Positions 9,493 to 18,424 of a stretch of DNA of 64,000 nucleotides are shown piece after piece; the stretch's first letter is position 1, and every line of letters starts with the position of its first letter. Location: positions 78,214 to 142,213 of the forward strand of contig CAZNKB010000004.1 in the NCBI GenBank assembly GCA_964573695.1. The letters are read 5' to 3'. The stretch comes from an uncultured Gammaproteobacteria bacterium (GTDB lineage Bacteria > Patescibacteriota > Microgenomatia > UBA10105 > UBA927). Below the pieces are notes generated by a model that was not told the origin of the DNA, did no database searches, and saw nothing but the letters and a program-made list of their open reading frames with translations. A program made the position numbers and the translations under genes.

Positions 9493-11720
9493 CTTCTGCC
9501 TGCCGGCCACGAAGAAATGATAAGTGGTTCATGATTTTCCTTTGAAAGCTTGCTCCAGATTTCTTCGGTTACAAACGGCATGAATGGATGAAGGAGCTTT
9601 AAATACACCAATAATCCTTGCTTGAGTTGCTTGTTTGAAATCGCACCTTCTTTGGCCTGTTCTATGGCCTGATCACAGAACCAGTGCCAAAAGGTTTCAT
9701 AAAGAATTTCTGCCGCTTCGTTAAATCGGTACCGGTCGATAGCTTTGGTTGTTTTTTTTATCACCTCATCCAGCTTGCTGGTAAATTCTGTTTCTTTGTT
9801 TTCGATACCAGGCATTGCTTCCAGCTCCGCTTGCGTCTGTTGCATTTCCACAAACCGGGCTGCGTTCCAGATTTTGTTGGCGAAGTTCCTCATGCCGCGG
9901 ATCTTGTCTTCCGAAACAGGGATATCACTTCCCGGGCCGGCTCCGAACATAAGCGCCATGCGGAGTGCGTCTGCACCGTATTTTGCCACCATGTCAATCG
10001 GATTCATGACATTTCCCTTGGATTTACTCATTTTCTGGCCCTTGGCGTCGACGACGCGGGAGTGGAGGTGAATGACTTCAAACGGTACGTCGCCGGTCCT
10101 GTATATCCCGAGCATCATCATGCGGGCGACCCAGAAGAAGAGGATGTCCCACATGGTATCAAGGACCGAGGTGGGATAAAAGTATTTGAAGTCTTCATTG
10201 TCGGGAAACCCGAGAGTGGTGATAGGCCACTGACCTGAGAGAAACCATGTATCAAACGTATCGGTCTCGCGGATCCAATTCCCTTCGGCAGGTGCGGTTT
10301 CACCGATATGGATTTCCGGCTGGTTTTCTTTACGTTCGTAAATAGGAACCATGACGCGTTGGATACCTTTGGATATTTCTTCCAGGGAAGCGTGTACTGG
10401 ATAGTATTGGCCGATAGAGCCCTGCTTCAATGTTTTGTTTTTGTCCAGAAACGATACCCAGATACGATGTTCGTGCCCGTCGATTTTGTGCCAGACGGGA
10501 ATTCTGGGACCCCATACGACCTGACGGGAGATGTTCCAGTCGAGGATATTTTTCATCCAGTCGAAGTACATTTTTTCAAACCGTTTAAGCGGAACGATTT
10601 TGGTTTTCCCTTTTTTGACCGCTTCTATCGCCGGTTTAGCAAGATTTTGAGTTTTTACGTACCACTGGGGGAGGGGGAGGGGTTCGATAACCGTGCCGCA
10701 TTTGTAGCATGTCGCCACAGAATGCACGTAGTTTTCGTCCACATGATCCATGAGCCCCTTTGCTGTTAAATCGGCGACCACCTTTTCCCTCGCTGCCTTG
10801 ACCTTAAGACCTGCATACGGGCCGGTTTCTTGAGTTAACCGTCCGTCGAATCCGATTATTTGCTTAAGCGGCAGGTTGTGGCGTTTGGCAATTTCAAAAT
10901 CGGTAAAATCATGTGCCGGCGTGACCTTTGCCGCGCCTGTGCCGAATTTTGGATCTATGGCATCGTCGCTAACGACCTTGACCGTAAACGGTCCGAGCAA
11001 GCCTTCCACCTCAATTTCCTTACCAATCCACGGCTTATACCGCTTATCCTTGGGGTTGACCGCGACGGCGGTATCGCCGAATTTAGTTTCCGGCCGGACG
11101 GTGGCAAGGATAAACGGTCCGTATTTCATGTAGTAGAGTGGGTCGGTTTGCTCCACGCGTTTGACCTCGAGATCGGAGTAGCTTGTACCGCACTTAGTGC
11201 AGTAGTTGACGAGTCGGTCGTCACGATATAGAAGGCCGTCTTTGTGAAGTTTGTAGAAGGTATCAAAGACAATATGGACGATGTTTGGATCCAGTGAATA
11301 TTTATATCTGGTCCAGTCCAGGGAAAACCCCAGGCGTTTCATCTGGTCGCGATTGAGGTTCTTGTTCTGCTCGACGAAGTCGGAGATCATTCCATAAAGC
11401 GTCTCCCTGTCAAAATCAAACCGGCTTTTTCCTTCTTTGGCAAGTCGTTTTTCAAATACATATTGGGTTTCTATGCCGGCATGATCACCGCCGGGGAGCC
11501 ACAGGGTGGGGTCACCCTTCATGCGGTGGTAGCGGATAAGGATGTCTTGCACGGTAAACATGGCGTGTCCCATATGCATTGGGTCGTTTGCGTTAGGGAG
11601 GGGGAGTAGGATAGTGAACGGCTTTTTCTTTTTGTCGATTTTCGGCGTGAAGTAGCCGCCGTTTTCCCACATGCGGTAGATTGCTTCCTCAACTGTTTTC
11701 GGATCGAAGTTTTTGTCCAT
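9489..11720 (-). CDS. valS: Valine--tRNA ligase (short form, apparently lacking the C-terminal coiled-coil arm)
   Basis: HMGH, DHAGIETQ, ATVRPET, WNISRQ, KMSKSKGN; preceded by a Val T-box. Confidence 0.95.
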   Translation of the reverse strand: MDKNFDPKTVEEAIYRMWENGGYFTPKIDKKKKPFTILLPLPNANDPMHMGHAMFTVQDILIRYHRMKGDPTLWLPGGDHAGIETQYVFEKRLAKEGKSRFDFDRETLYGMISDFVEQNKNLNRDQMKRLGFSLDWTRYKYSLDPNIVHIVFDTFYKLHKDGLLYRDDRLVNYCTKCGTSYSDLEVKRVEQTDPLYYMKYGPFILATVRPETKFGDTAVAVNPKDKRYKPWIGKEIEVEGLLGPFTVKVVSDDAIDPKFGTGAAKVTPAHDFTDFEIAKRHNLPLKQIIGFDGRLTQETGPYAGLKVKAAREKVVADLTAKGLMDHVDENYVHSVATCYKCGTVIEPLPLPQWYVKTQNLAKPAIEAVKKGKTKIVPLKRFEKMYFDWMKNILDWNISRQVVWGPRIPVWHKIDGHEHRIWVSFLDKNKTLKQGSIGQYYPVHASLEEISKGIQRVMVPIYERKENQPEIHIGETAPAEGNWIRETDTFDTWFLSGQWPITTLGFPDNEDFKYFYPTSVLDTMWDILFFWVARMMMLGIYRTGDVPFEVIHLHSRVVDAKGQKMSKSKGNVMNPIDMVAKYGADALRMALMFGAGPGSDIPVSEDKIRGMRNFANKIWNAARFVEMQQTQAELEAMPGIENKETEFTSKLDEVIKKTTKAIDRYRFNEAAEILYETFWHWFCDQAIEQAKEGAISNKQLKQGLLVYLKLLHPFMPFVTEEIWSKLSKENHEPLIISSWPAGRS

Positions 11721-11737
11721 AGATATAGTTTACACCA

Positions 11738-11921
11738 CAAAAAAAGTACCGTTTTTCTATAAGGACCCAACTTTTCTTGAAAGGCTGGGTGGTACCACCT
11801 TAGTTGCTTCTCATTTTTTGCTATTACGGGCAATACCGTCCCGATTACTTATTTTACAAAAAATGTTGATCGGGAAGCTCGTCTGGTGACTAATCAGACT
11901 CGGACGCTTTTCAGACTAACA
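11738..11921 (-). promoter_or_regulatory. T-box riboswitch (Val) upstream of valS
   Basis: Minus strand: AAGG-TGGTACC-ACCCAGC...GTTGGGT-CCTT antiterminator; stem II TCCCGAT..AGTA.ATCGGGA; CCCGTAAT; GTC codon (11888-11890) in a short Stem I loop. Confidence 0.85.
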
Positions 11922-11927
11922 TATCTG

Positions 11928-11957
11928 ATTATAGTTGATGCGTATTGAGCCTGTCAA
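11928..11957 (-). promoter_or_regulatory. Sigma70-type promoter for the valS leader
   Basis: Minus strand TTGACA (11952-11957), 18 nt spacer, TATAAT (11928-11933). Confidence 0.7.
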
Positions 11958-12250
11958 AGAAGCCAGTCCAAAAAGATATTTCGTTTTGTCGCCTTTTCCC
12001 ATATCTGTTTTTTTTTGATTGAGCCAAGCTCGGTGAGTTGTGGGTCCCATTTGATCCGAATTTCGGCAAGCCGCCCTTCATAGTACCGTCTCGCTGCTAT
12101 TTGTACTTGTTCCGCTGACATCATAGTGCGAGCTCCAACCATTGCCAGAAATTCCGGATCACGCTGCAGGCGTAATATGTTTTCATGGAGGCGGCTCTCT
12201 CTGCGCGCACGTACGATATCCCGGTGAATTTCGTGAGCAAGTGAAGGCAT
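11954..12250 (-). CDS. Hypothetical protein
   Basis: 98 aa ORF filling the gap between xer and the valS promoter; no motif recognised. Confidence 0.45.
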   Translation of the reverse strand: MPSLAHEIHRDIVRARRESRLHENILRLQRDPEFLAMVGARTMMSAEQVQIAARRYYEGRLAEIRIKWDPQLTELGSIKKKQIWEKATKRNIFLDWLL

Positions 12251-12288
12251 AAGCGCTTTTTGGGCCGGTTACCTGAGGTGAAAAAAGT

Positions 12289-13149
12289 TTAGAGCTCTTC
12301 GAGTTTGACGTGATCAGCGGGTTTGTCCTTGATAAACTCAAGATATTTTTCCGTTGTGGAGAGACGTTTGTGACCCACGAGTTTGCTTATGGTCGTAATT
12401 GGTGTGCCGCTCATAAGGTGATGAGCGATAAAGGTGTGTCGCAGATCGTTTACTTTTGCGTCCTCGATCCCCGCGACTTTAAAATACCGGTCTATGGCTG
12501 TTCGTATATTGCGAATAAGCAGTGGCCGTCCTGTTTTTGTAATAAACAGCGCTTGTGATTTGGCGGTTGTGCTTTTGATTTTGATCCAGTTGTCGAGCGC
12601 TTCCCGGCCTGCCCGATTTAGGGGGACCATACGTTCAATATGGCCTTCCTGAGCCGCAACATGAAGCTCGTTTTCCCGTACGTCGCCAACGGTGAGATTG
12701 GCAAGCTCTCCGATACGCAAGCCCGTTTGCAAAAAGAGTTCGACAATCGCGTAGGTTCGAAGATCTCCTCGACAGGCATCACGAAGTGCGCGGTATTCAA
12801 GTTTTGAAAGAATTCTTGGCGGTTTGACGTCGTATTTGGGATGTTCTATATCTCCGGCCGGATCAACAGCTATGACACCGGTCGTTTTGAGGAACCGGTA
12901 AAATGTTTTCATCGAATTGATTTTGCGTGAAATAGATTTTGGGGTGTAACTGTCTGCCGCGAGTTTTTTTAGGAATGCCTCAAGCTCTTCGCGGGAGACT
13001 GTCGATATGTCTTTTTTGCCGGCATTGGTCAAAAAGGCGACAAGCTGCTCAATATCTTTGCTGTATGCTACTATGGTAGCGTGAGCCCGACGTCGGGATT
13101 CAAGGTGTTCGACGAACTGTTTGTGGGCGGCTTTTAGGTCAAGTGTCAT
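12289..13149 (-). CDS. Tyrosine recombinase, XerC/XerD family
   Basis: SAM-like N-domain; TGLRIGEL, DLRHTF, LVGHKRLSTTEKY; first His of HxxR replaced by Asn. Confidence 0.85.
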   Translation of the reverse strand: MTLDLKAAHKQFVEHLESRRRAHATIVAYSKDIEQLVAFLTNAGKKDISTVSREELEAFLKKLAADSYTPKSISRKINSMKTFYRFLKTTGVIAVDPAGDIEHPKYDVKPPRILSKLEYRALRDACRGDLRTYAIVELFLQTGLRIGELANLTVGDVRENELHVAAQEGHIERMVPLNRAGREALDNWIKIKSTTAKSQALFITKTGRPLLIRNIRTAIDRYFKVAGIEDAKVNDLRHTFIAHHLMSGTPITTISKLVGHKRLSTTEKYLEFIKDKPADHVKLEEL

Positions 13150-13265
13150 AGTGTGAAATCAGGAAACAGAAGCATGACTCAATTTTCGTTTAGAATTGAG
13201 GGACAGAGTATCGCTCCGTTTTCTTAAAGCCTATAATATCATATACTAGCCCAAAGCGCAACAGC

Positions 13266-13613
13266 ATGAGACATATACAGCCTCATTTACGCACGATTAT
13301 CATATGGGGAATTAGCCTCATTTTGTGCGTAAGTGCCGGCGGTACCATTATAAACCTCTGGGCTCGTCGCGGCATAGTTCGGGAGCGCGAGCAGGAACTT
13401 CGCAACTTACAACAGGAGAATCGAAGCCTTGAGGGCGAGCTTCAGGATATCCGTGGGGAGGCATACGTCGAGCGGATAGCGCGGGACAAGCTCGGAATGG
13501 TGCGGGAGGGAGAGTCGATAGTGCTTTTGCCCAACCCACGTGACGACCCAGGGAATGGGGATAACACTGCAAATCTACCCAATTGGAAAAAGTGGTGGAA
13601 CTTGTTTTTTTAG
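13266..13613 (+). CDS. Septum formation initiator (DivIC/FtsB family)
   Basis: TM, coiled coil, YVERIARDKLGMVREGE. Confidence 0.85.
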   Translation: MRHIQPHLRTIIIWGISLILCVSAGGTIINLWARRGIVREREQELRNLQQENRSLEGELQDIRGEAYVERIARDKLGMVREGESIVLLPNPRDDPGNGDNTANLPNWKKWWNLFF

Positions 13614-13630
13614 GTGTCGAGTAATTGTGC

Positions 13631-13705
13631 TGGTGCCAGCGGCAGGGATCGAACCTGCGACAAATGCCTTATGAAGACACTGCTCTACCACTGAGCTACG
13701 CTGGC
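13631..13705 (-). tRNA. tRNA with CAT anticodon (elongator Met, or Ile2)
   Basis: GCCAGCG acceptor with G1-C72 pair, GCTC/GAGC D stem, GTGTC-TTCATAA-GGCAT anticodon arm, GGTTCGATCCC T arm, encoded CCA. Confidence 0.92.
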
Positions 13706-13948
13706 TATACGAACTATTTAGTTTATTAACACTGCTCCCGCCTCTTCGGCGGGTCGCCGATGAGGCGACTACCACTGATACACCGGCCTGTATATGCACA
13801 TTTTATCAAATTGGCCTGATAAGGCAACCCGTACAATATCCTGTTTACATGATACAATAGAGCTATTCAACCACTCTGATCGTATGCTTTGCTCTTGTGC
13901 TTAACAGGTACGTGATAGATTGGTGTAAGTGGGAGGTGAGTATAATTC

Positions 13949-14377
13949 ATGGCAGCTAAATTATTTGTTGGGGGACTATCCTGGGATACGACAGAAGACA
14001 CGCTCAAAAATCACTTTGCCCAAGTTGGGCCGGTGGCGAGCGCACAGGTTATCACTGACAAGTTTACCGGTAAGTCTCGAGGATTTGGATTTGTCGAGAT
14101 GAGTAATCCCGACGACGCACAAAAAGCAATCCAGGATCTCAACGGCACGCAACTCGACGGACGGTCGATTGTCGTTAACGAAGCCAAACCTATGGCTCCC
14201 CGCGAAAATCGCGGAGGCGGAGGTGGTGGGTATCGAGGCGGCGGAGGATTTGGTGGTAATAGAGGAGGCGGAGGAGGGAGAGGTGGATTCGGAGGAGGGA
14301 GACGCGACGATCGTGGAGGTCGGGGCGGTTACGATAGGCGAGGGGGTGGAGACGACCGCGGAGGAAGAGATTGGTAA
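13949..14377 (+). CDS. RRM RNA-binding protein with Gly/Arg-rich tail
   Basis: RNP2 LFVGGL, RNP1 RGFGFVEM; RGG-rich C-terminus. Confidence 0.93.
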   Translation: MAAKLFVGGLSWDTTEDTLKNHFAQVGPVASAQVITDKFTGKSRGFGFVEMSNPDDAQKAIQDLNGTQLDGRSIVVNEAKPMAPRENRGGGGGGYRGGGGFGGNRGGGGGRGGFGGGRRDDRGGRGGYDRRGGGDDRGGRDW

Positions 14378-14397
14378 CTATTTTTGAATTCAAAAAG

Positions 14398-14428
14398 AAA
14401 ATCACCCCGGGAGACCGGGGTGATTTTT
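14398..14428. terminator. Bidirectional intrinsic terminator
   Basis: AAAATCACCCCGG-GAGA-CCGGGGTGATTTT 13-bp hairpin between convergent genes, with U tracts both ways. Confidence 0.75.
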
Positions 14429-14671
14429 GTTGTGAGAGGCAAGCATCCTTATCTTCTTTTTCCTTGGCCACTTTTTAATTTCTGCTTCCCGCCTGAGCGC
14501 ACCTGATTTGGTGGATCGGCGCTCAATATAGAGAATTTTGACCGGCGTATGGGAGCGGGTATAAGCACCACCATTACCAGCTAGATGAGTTCTAAATCGT
14601 TTCTCTACATTATTGGTCGATCCAGTATATAAAGATCGATCTTGGCACAGCAGGATATAAACAAACCACAT
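14402..14671 (-). CDS. GIY-YIG nuclease (UPF0213-like)
   Basis: FVYILLC..SLYTGSTNNVEKRF..H..G.GG.YT, ALRREAEIKKW. Confidence 0.9.
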   Translation of the reverse strand: MWFVYILLCQDRSLYTGSTNNVEKRFRTHLAGNGGAYTRSHTPVKILYIERRSTKSGALRREAEIKKWPRKKKIRMLASHNKNHPGLPG

Positions 14672-14722
14672 GGTTTTATGTATCTATGATATGCTTGAAA
14701 AAAGCAAGTTTGGCTTCAGTAT

Positions 14723-15661
14723 ATGCGGGTAAGACAGCTCTTTGTTATCGTCTCTTCCGTTGTCCTTTCCCTCGCAGTGTTTGAAGAGGGGCTGAGGCTG
14801 TTGAATTACCCGTATATCGGGTGCAAAGAGCTTGATGAAGTTGCTGAGTACCAGATTGGTCAGTTCGACCCAGTATTGGGCTGGAGTTATAAACCTTCTT
14901 ATTCCGTTCGCCATTGGGATAACAAAACCTATTCATTTAGCGTTGAAGGATATCGGGCGTTATCCACAGAGGATCACAGCGACTCCGCTAAACCCACGAT
15001 TCTCATCGTTGGGGATTCGTTTATGTTCGGGCATGGTCTGGATTTTGAGGAAACATTCGGGTATAAACTTGAGGAGGCACTGAGCCACTCGTACAACGTG
15101 CTCAATTTTGCCGTTCAGGGATATGGGTTGGATCAGACATATCTTCATCTCCGGCGGCTTATGGACGTATATGCGCCGCTATATGTAATCGTTGATATCC
15201 ATGAGGATCAGGATTATCGAAATATCAATCGCGATCGTAGGGCTTTTTTCCCATGCAGCAGGCTTACGGGTACCAAGCCTGTCTTTTCACTCAAAAACGG
15301 AGCGCTTGTGCAAACCCACGCACCGGAGCGGTTTGAGTCTTATGATAGTCCGCGGTTACGTTTGGTGCTTCGGAGAGTGGGAGAGGTGCTGAACCAGAGA
15401 AGTAGTGGTAAGACGGCGCTGTCCCAGAAAATATACGAGGAAATGCGGCGGTACGTTGCGAGTCGTGGAGCAAAGCTTTTTGAGATAAATTATCAGCTGG
15501 CTATACGCGACTATCAGATTGACCCCAATACCTCCAGCGCATCGGCAATAGTTGTGGATTACGGCAATGAATACCTGGTTGACGGAGTACACCCAAACGG
15601 GTTAGCCACTACCAGAATGGTGAAAGAGTTCCTTGAACGGTTTAGATTACAGATTAAATAA
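14723..15661 (+). CDS. SGNH/GDSL hydrolase-like exported protein
   Basis: N-terminal TM; VGDSFMFG, NFAVQGYG, DGVHPN. Confidence 0.8.
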   Translation: MRVRQLFVIVSSVVLSLAVFEEGLRLLNYPYIGCKELDEVAEYQIGQFDPVLGWSYKPSYSVRHWDNKTYSFSVEGYRALSTEDHSDSAKPTILIVGDSFMFGHGLDFEETFGYKLEEALSHSYNVLNFAVQGYGLDQTYLHLRRLMDVYAPLYVIVDIHEDQDYRNINRDRRAFFPCSRLTGTKPVFSLKNGALVQTHAPERFESYDSPRLRLVLRRVGEVLNQRSSGKTALSQKIYEEMRRYVASRGAKLFEINYQLAIRDYQIDPNTSSASAIVVDYGNEYLVDGVHPNGLATTRMVKEFLERFRLQIK

Positions 15662-15733
15662 GCCTTGGTTGCGGGGGTTACGTGAAATCCGCACCTATTT
15701 CTTCACCCGCTCTTGCTATGCTACGATAATACC

Positions 15734-16735
15734 ATGAAGATCGGGTTTTTTGAAACAGAAGAGTGGGAAAAGGAATATCTCGAAAAAGCGCTTTCCGATC
15801 ACCAGCTCGTGTTCAATAGTGAGCCCCTTACAGTGGATACTGCCAACGACGTGATCGACTGCGATGTTCTCTCGACTTTCATCTACTCTCCTCTCAAAGG
15901 CGACCTCCTCGCTCGTTTTTCCAATCTCAAGCTCATAGTAACACGCTCAACCGGCTATGACCATATTGATTTGGAATACTGCAAGAACAAAAATGTCGCT
16001 GTTTGTAATGTGCCCACCTACGGGATAAACACCATTGCCGAACATACATTCGCCCTGATGCTTGCACTGACCCGACGCCTTATTCCCTCTGTGGACCGCA
16101 CGCGCCGGGGAAACTTTGCTCTTGACGGTCTCAGAGGAGTTGAGCTGGCTGGAAAAACATTGGGCATCGTTGGCTTTGGACACATCGGGAAACGCGTCAT
16201 GGAGCTAGCAAAGGCGTTCCGGATGAACGTGGTTGTCTATACAAGACATCCAGAGGCATCATCCCCAGACGAACACGTCCAGTTTGTCGACCTGCCGACA
16301 CTTTTGGGTACGTCAGATATCGTGAGCCTCCATGTGCCTCTAATCGCTGAAACAAAGCACATGCTCAATAAGAAGAATATCCCGCTCATGAAAAAAGGCA
16401 GCATCCTTATCAACACCGCCCGCGGAGCAATTGTGGAGACAGAAGCAATCTTGTGGGCACTGGAGCAAGGTGTTCTTTCCGGTGTAGGGCTTGATGTGTT
16501 GGAAGAAGAATGCGTGCTCAAAGAAGAGCGGGCACTTCTGACGCACGAGTTTTTGGCAACGTGTGACCTCAAAACGCAGCTTCTTAACCATGTTTTGATT
16601 ACGAAAGAAAACGTTATTATTACTCCGCACAATGCCTTCAATAGCCAGGAGGCATTGCAGGAGATTCTCCTGACTACTGTGAAAAACATCGAGGCGTGGC
16701 AAGAGGAGAGGTCTCAAAATAGAGTGACCTCATAA
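15734..16735 (+). CDS. D-isomer-specific 2-hydroxyacid dehydrogenase (D-lactate dehydrogenase-like)
   Basis: RSTGYDHID, GIVGFGHIG, INTARG, LDVLEEE, ITPHNAF; start chosen at ATG 15734. Confidence 0.9.
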   Translation: MKIGFFETEEWEKEYLEKALSDHQLVFNSEPLTVDTANDVIDCDVLSTFIYSPLKGDLLARFSNLKLIVTRSTGYDHIDLEYCKNKNVAVCNVPTYGINTIAEHTFALMLALTRRLIPSVDRTRRGNFALDGLRGVELAGKTLGIVGFGHIGKRVMELAKAFRMNVVVYTRHPEASSPDEHVQFVDLPTLLGTSDIVSLHVPLIAETKHMLNKKNIPLMKKGSILINTARGAIVETEAILWALEQGVLSGVGLDVLEEECVLKEERALLTHEFLATCDLKTQLLNHVLITKENVIITPHNAFNSQEALQEILLTTVKNIEAWQEERSQNRVTS

Positions 16736-16769
16736 AAAATGGACGCAAATTCTGCACCCATTTCTACTC

Positions 16770-16842
16770 TGGTTGCGGGGCTGGGAATCGCACCCAGCCT
16801 AGGAGATTATGAGCCTCCTGTGCAACTTTACACTACCCCGCG
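16770..16842 (-). tRNA. Initiator-like tRNA-Met (CAT), atypical
   Basis: CGCGGGG acceptor with C1xA72 mismatch, CAT anticodon, encoded CCA; D and T loops noncanonical. Confidence 0.8.
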
Positions 16843-16933
16843 GCATATGCTGCTTGTATAGTATAGCCGACTATCGAGCCTAGGTCAAAGTTTAGGTTGT
16901 AATAATAATAGTTATAGGATATAATATGACCTT

Positions 16934-17236
16934 ATGAATTCAGCTGATTACGAAAGCGTATTGAGATCACATCAGATCATTGCCGATTTGCAGGCTCTTC
17001 ATCGAAACAAAAAACGTGAGGAAGAGTATGCATTATGCACGGGAAAACCCCCTTTGCGCACGAAGCTTTCTATGAATCTTGAGTGGACCGCGAGGCTACA
17101 TGGAGCATCCGGGGAAGCAATACGACATGCCGAGGTCACGAAAGACATGACACACAGGATCAGTGCAATATCTGGTTTTTTGGCCGATTTAAACGCTTCA
17201 CGACCCACGGCGCAACGTACATTATCACTCCAGTAA
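16934..17236 (+). CDS. Hypothetical protein
   Basis: 100 aa ORF with TATAAT 8 nt upstream; overlaps the convergent gene by 77 nt. Confidence 0.35.
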   Translation: MNSADYESVLRSHQIIADLQALHRNKKREEEYALCTGKPPLRTKLSMNLEWTARLHGASGEAIRHAEVTKDMTHRISAISGFLADLNASRPTAQRTLSLQ

Positions 17237-17441
17237 TCATCTGCAGACCAAATACCACACTGAAGTATAAGGCTGTTTGAAAATGAAGCAAACGCGCCTG
17301 CTCCTGATCAATCATCGGTAAAGCGAGCGGGTATCTCAAGGTGAGCCCTGTAATCATCTGTACGAGCCCCAAAATCACAACAAGCAGTAACACAAATCTG
17401 TGTACCCTGCGGGCGTAATAGGTGATCTTTCCTATGTCCAT
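17160..17441 (-). CDS. Small two-TM membrane protein (PepSY-TM-like)
   Basis: RRVHR..QMITG repeated as RLLH..QMITG. Confidence 0.65.
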   Translation of the reverse strand: MDIGKITYYARRVHRFVLLLVVILGLVQMITGLTLRYPLALPMIDQEQARLLHFQTALYFSVVFGLQMITGVIMYVAPWVVKRLNRPKNQILH

Positions 17442-17461
17442 ATTATGCGTATTGTATCAGG

Positions 17462-18019
17462 TTAGAGGAACCTCGGAACTCGTTTCATGTATGAAGCGTA
17501 CCGCTGTCCGAAATATGCTCTCAAGAGCTTTTCTTCCGTTTGCACTGCGCGCCTCACGGCGAGACCAAACAATAGTATAAGCACGATTCCATAGCTTTGT
17601 AAGGCGACTTGTTGACCAAAAAAAAGCATCATTAATCCGACATAAATAGGATTACGGGTAAACGAAAAAGGTCCGGTCATGATAAGTCGCGATTGTATGT
17701 TTTTGTCATGTTGTGCGGGCCTTCCCCAGCTTGTTCCCATGACGACTTTTGCCCAGGAAGCGAGTATCGTACCAAAAACGGCAATAAGGAGCCCTAATTC
17801 TTCTACATGAGGAATCCCGAGGTCATAAGGAAACGTAAGACGGGGAATCATGAGAAGCTGTATAAATCCCAGGATTTCAAATAGTACGATCGGAATAGAG
17901 CGAACGTTCTTCCATGTTCCGAAGAAGCTTTCGATGTTTCTGCCCTTGCTTGTCACTGTCCACAAAAACTGGATGAAGACATGGCAGGTTATGCATATTA
18001 GGATAATAGGCGTCATCAT
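17462..18019 (-). CDS. Isoprenylcysteine carboxylmethyltransferase / PEMT family protein
   Basis: LIMTGPFSFTRNPIYVG, EEKLL...FG..Y..Y...VPRFL. Confidence 0.88.
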   Translation of the reverse strand: MMTPIILICITCHVFIQFLWTVTSKGRNIESFFGTWKNVRSIPIVLFEILGFIQLLMIPRLTFPYDLGIPHVEELGLLIAVFGTILASWAKVVMGTSWGRPAQHDKNIQSRLIMTGPFSFTRNPIYVGLMMLFFGQQVALQSYGIVLILLFGLAVRRAVQTEEKLLRAYFGQRYASYMKRVPRFL

Positions 18020-18103
18020 TTTTATGATACCAAAATTTTGTCCTATTTGACGTTTATGTTATACTGTGGGTCACAAGTAAACCCCGATGAGATCGGGGTA
18101 AAT

Positions 18104-18398
18104 AAAAGCGCATGAGGAAATTGATTGGGATTTTCTCTTTTTAGCCTCAAGCTAAGCGCTGACAAGGCTATCCGCCGATAAGGCAGAATGTATTGTCCGG
18201 AGCCGAAACCGTCAAAAGACAGGAACGAGTGTCGTAAACAAACGGAGCTCGTCAAGAATGAGGTTATCCTCAACTGACGCCCCGATCTGATCGGGGTTAT
18301 TTGTAGGGAGAGGATAATACAAGCAGGGTGGCACCGCCGTAAGAAGGCCCCTGCAAGTTTTTCAGGATATTCCTGAGGAATTTGCAGGGGCTTTTTTG
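18104..18398 (+). promoter_or_regulatory. T-box riboswitch (Trp) with transcription terminator
   Basis: AGGG-TGGCACC-GCC...GGCCCCT antiterminator at 18325-18352; overlapping terminator GCCCCTGCAAGTT...AATTTGCAGGGGC-TTTTTT; TGG at 18126-18128 in a short hairpin loop; upstream of trpB2/trpS. Confidence 0.85.
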
Positions 18399-18424
18399 AT
18401 GCGGAAAACAAATAGGAAAATTTT

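Noticed and set aside
12289-13705. Tyrosine recombinase near a tRNA as an island integrase
   Set aside because: The protein is Xer-sized, a housekeeping divIC-like gene lies between it and the tRNA, and no duplication of this tRNA end was found
14205-14375. GGA/GGC-rich low-complexity tract
   Set aside because: Explained by the RGG/Gly-rich tail of the RRM protein
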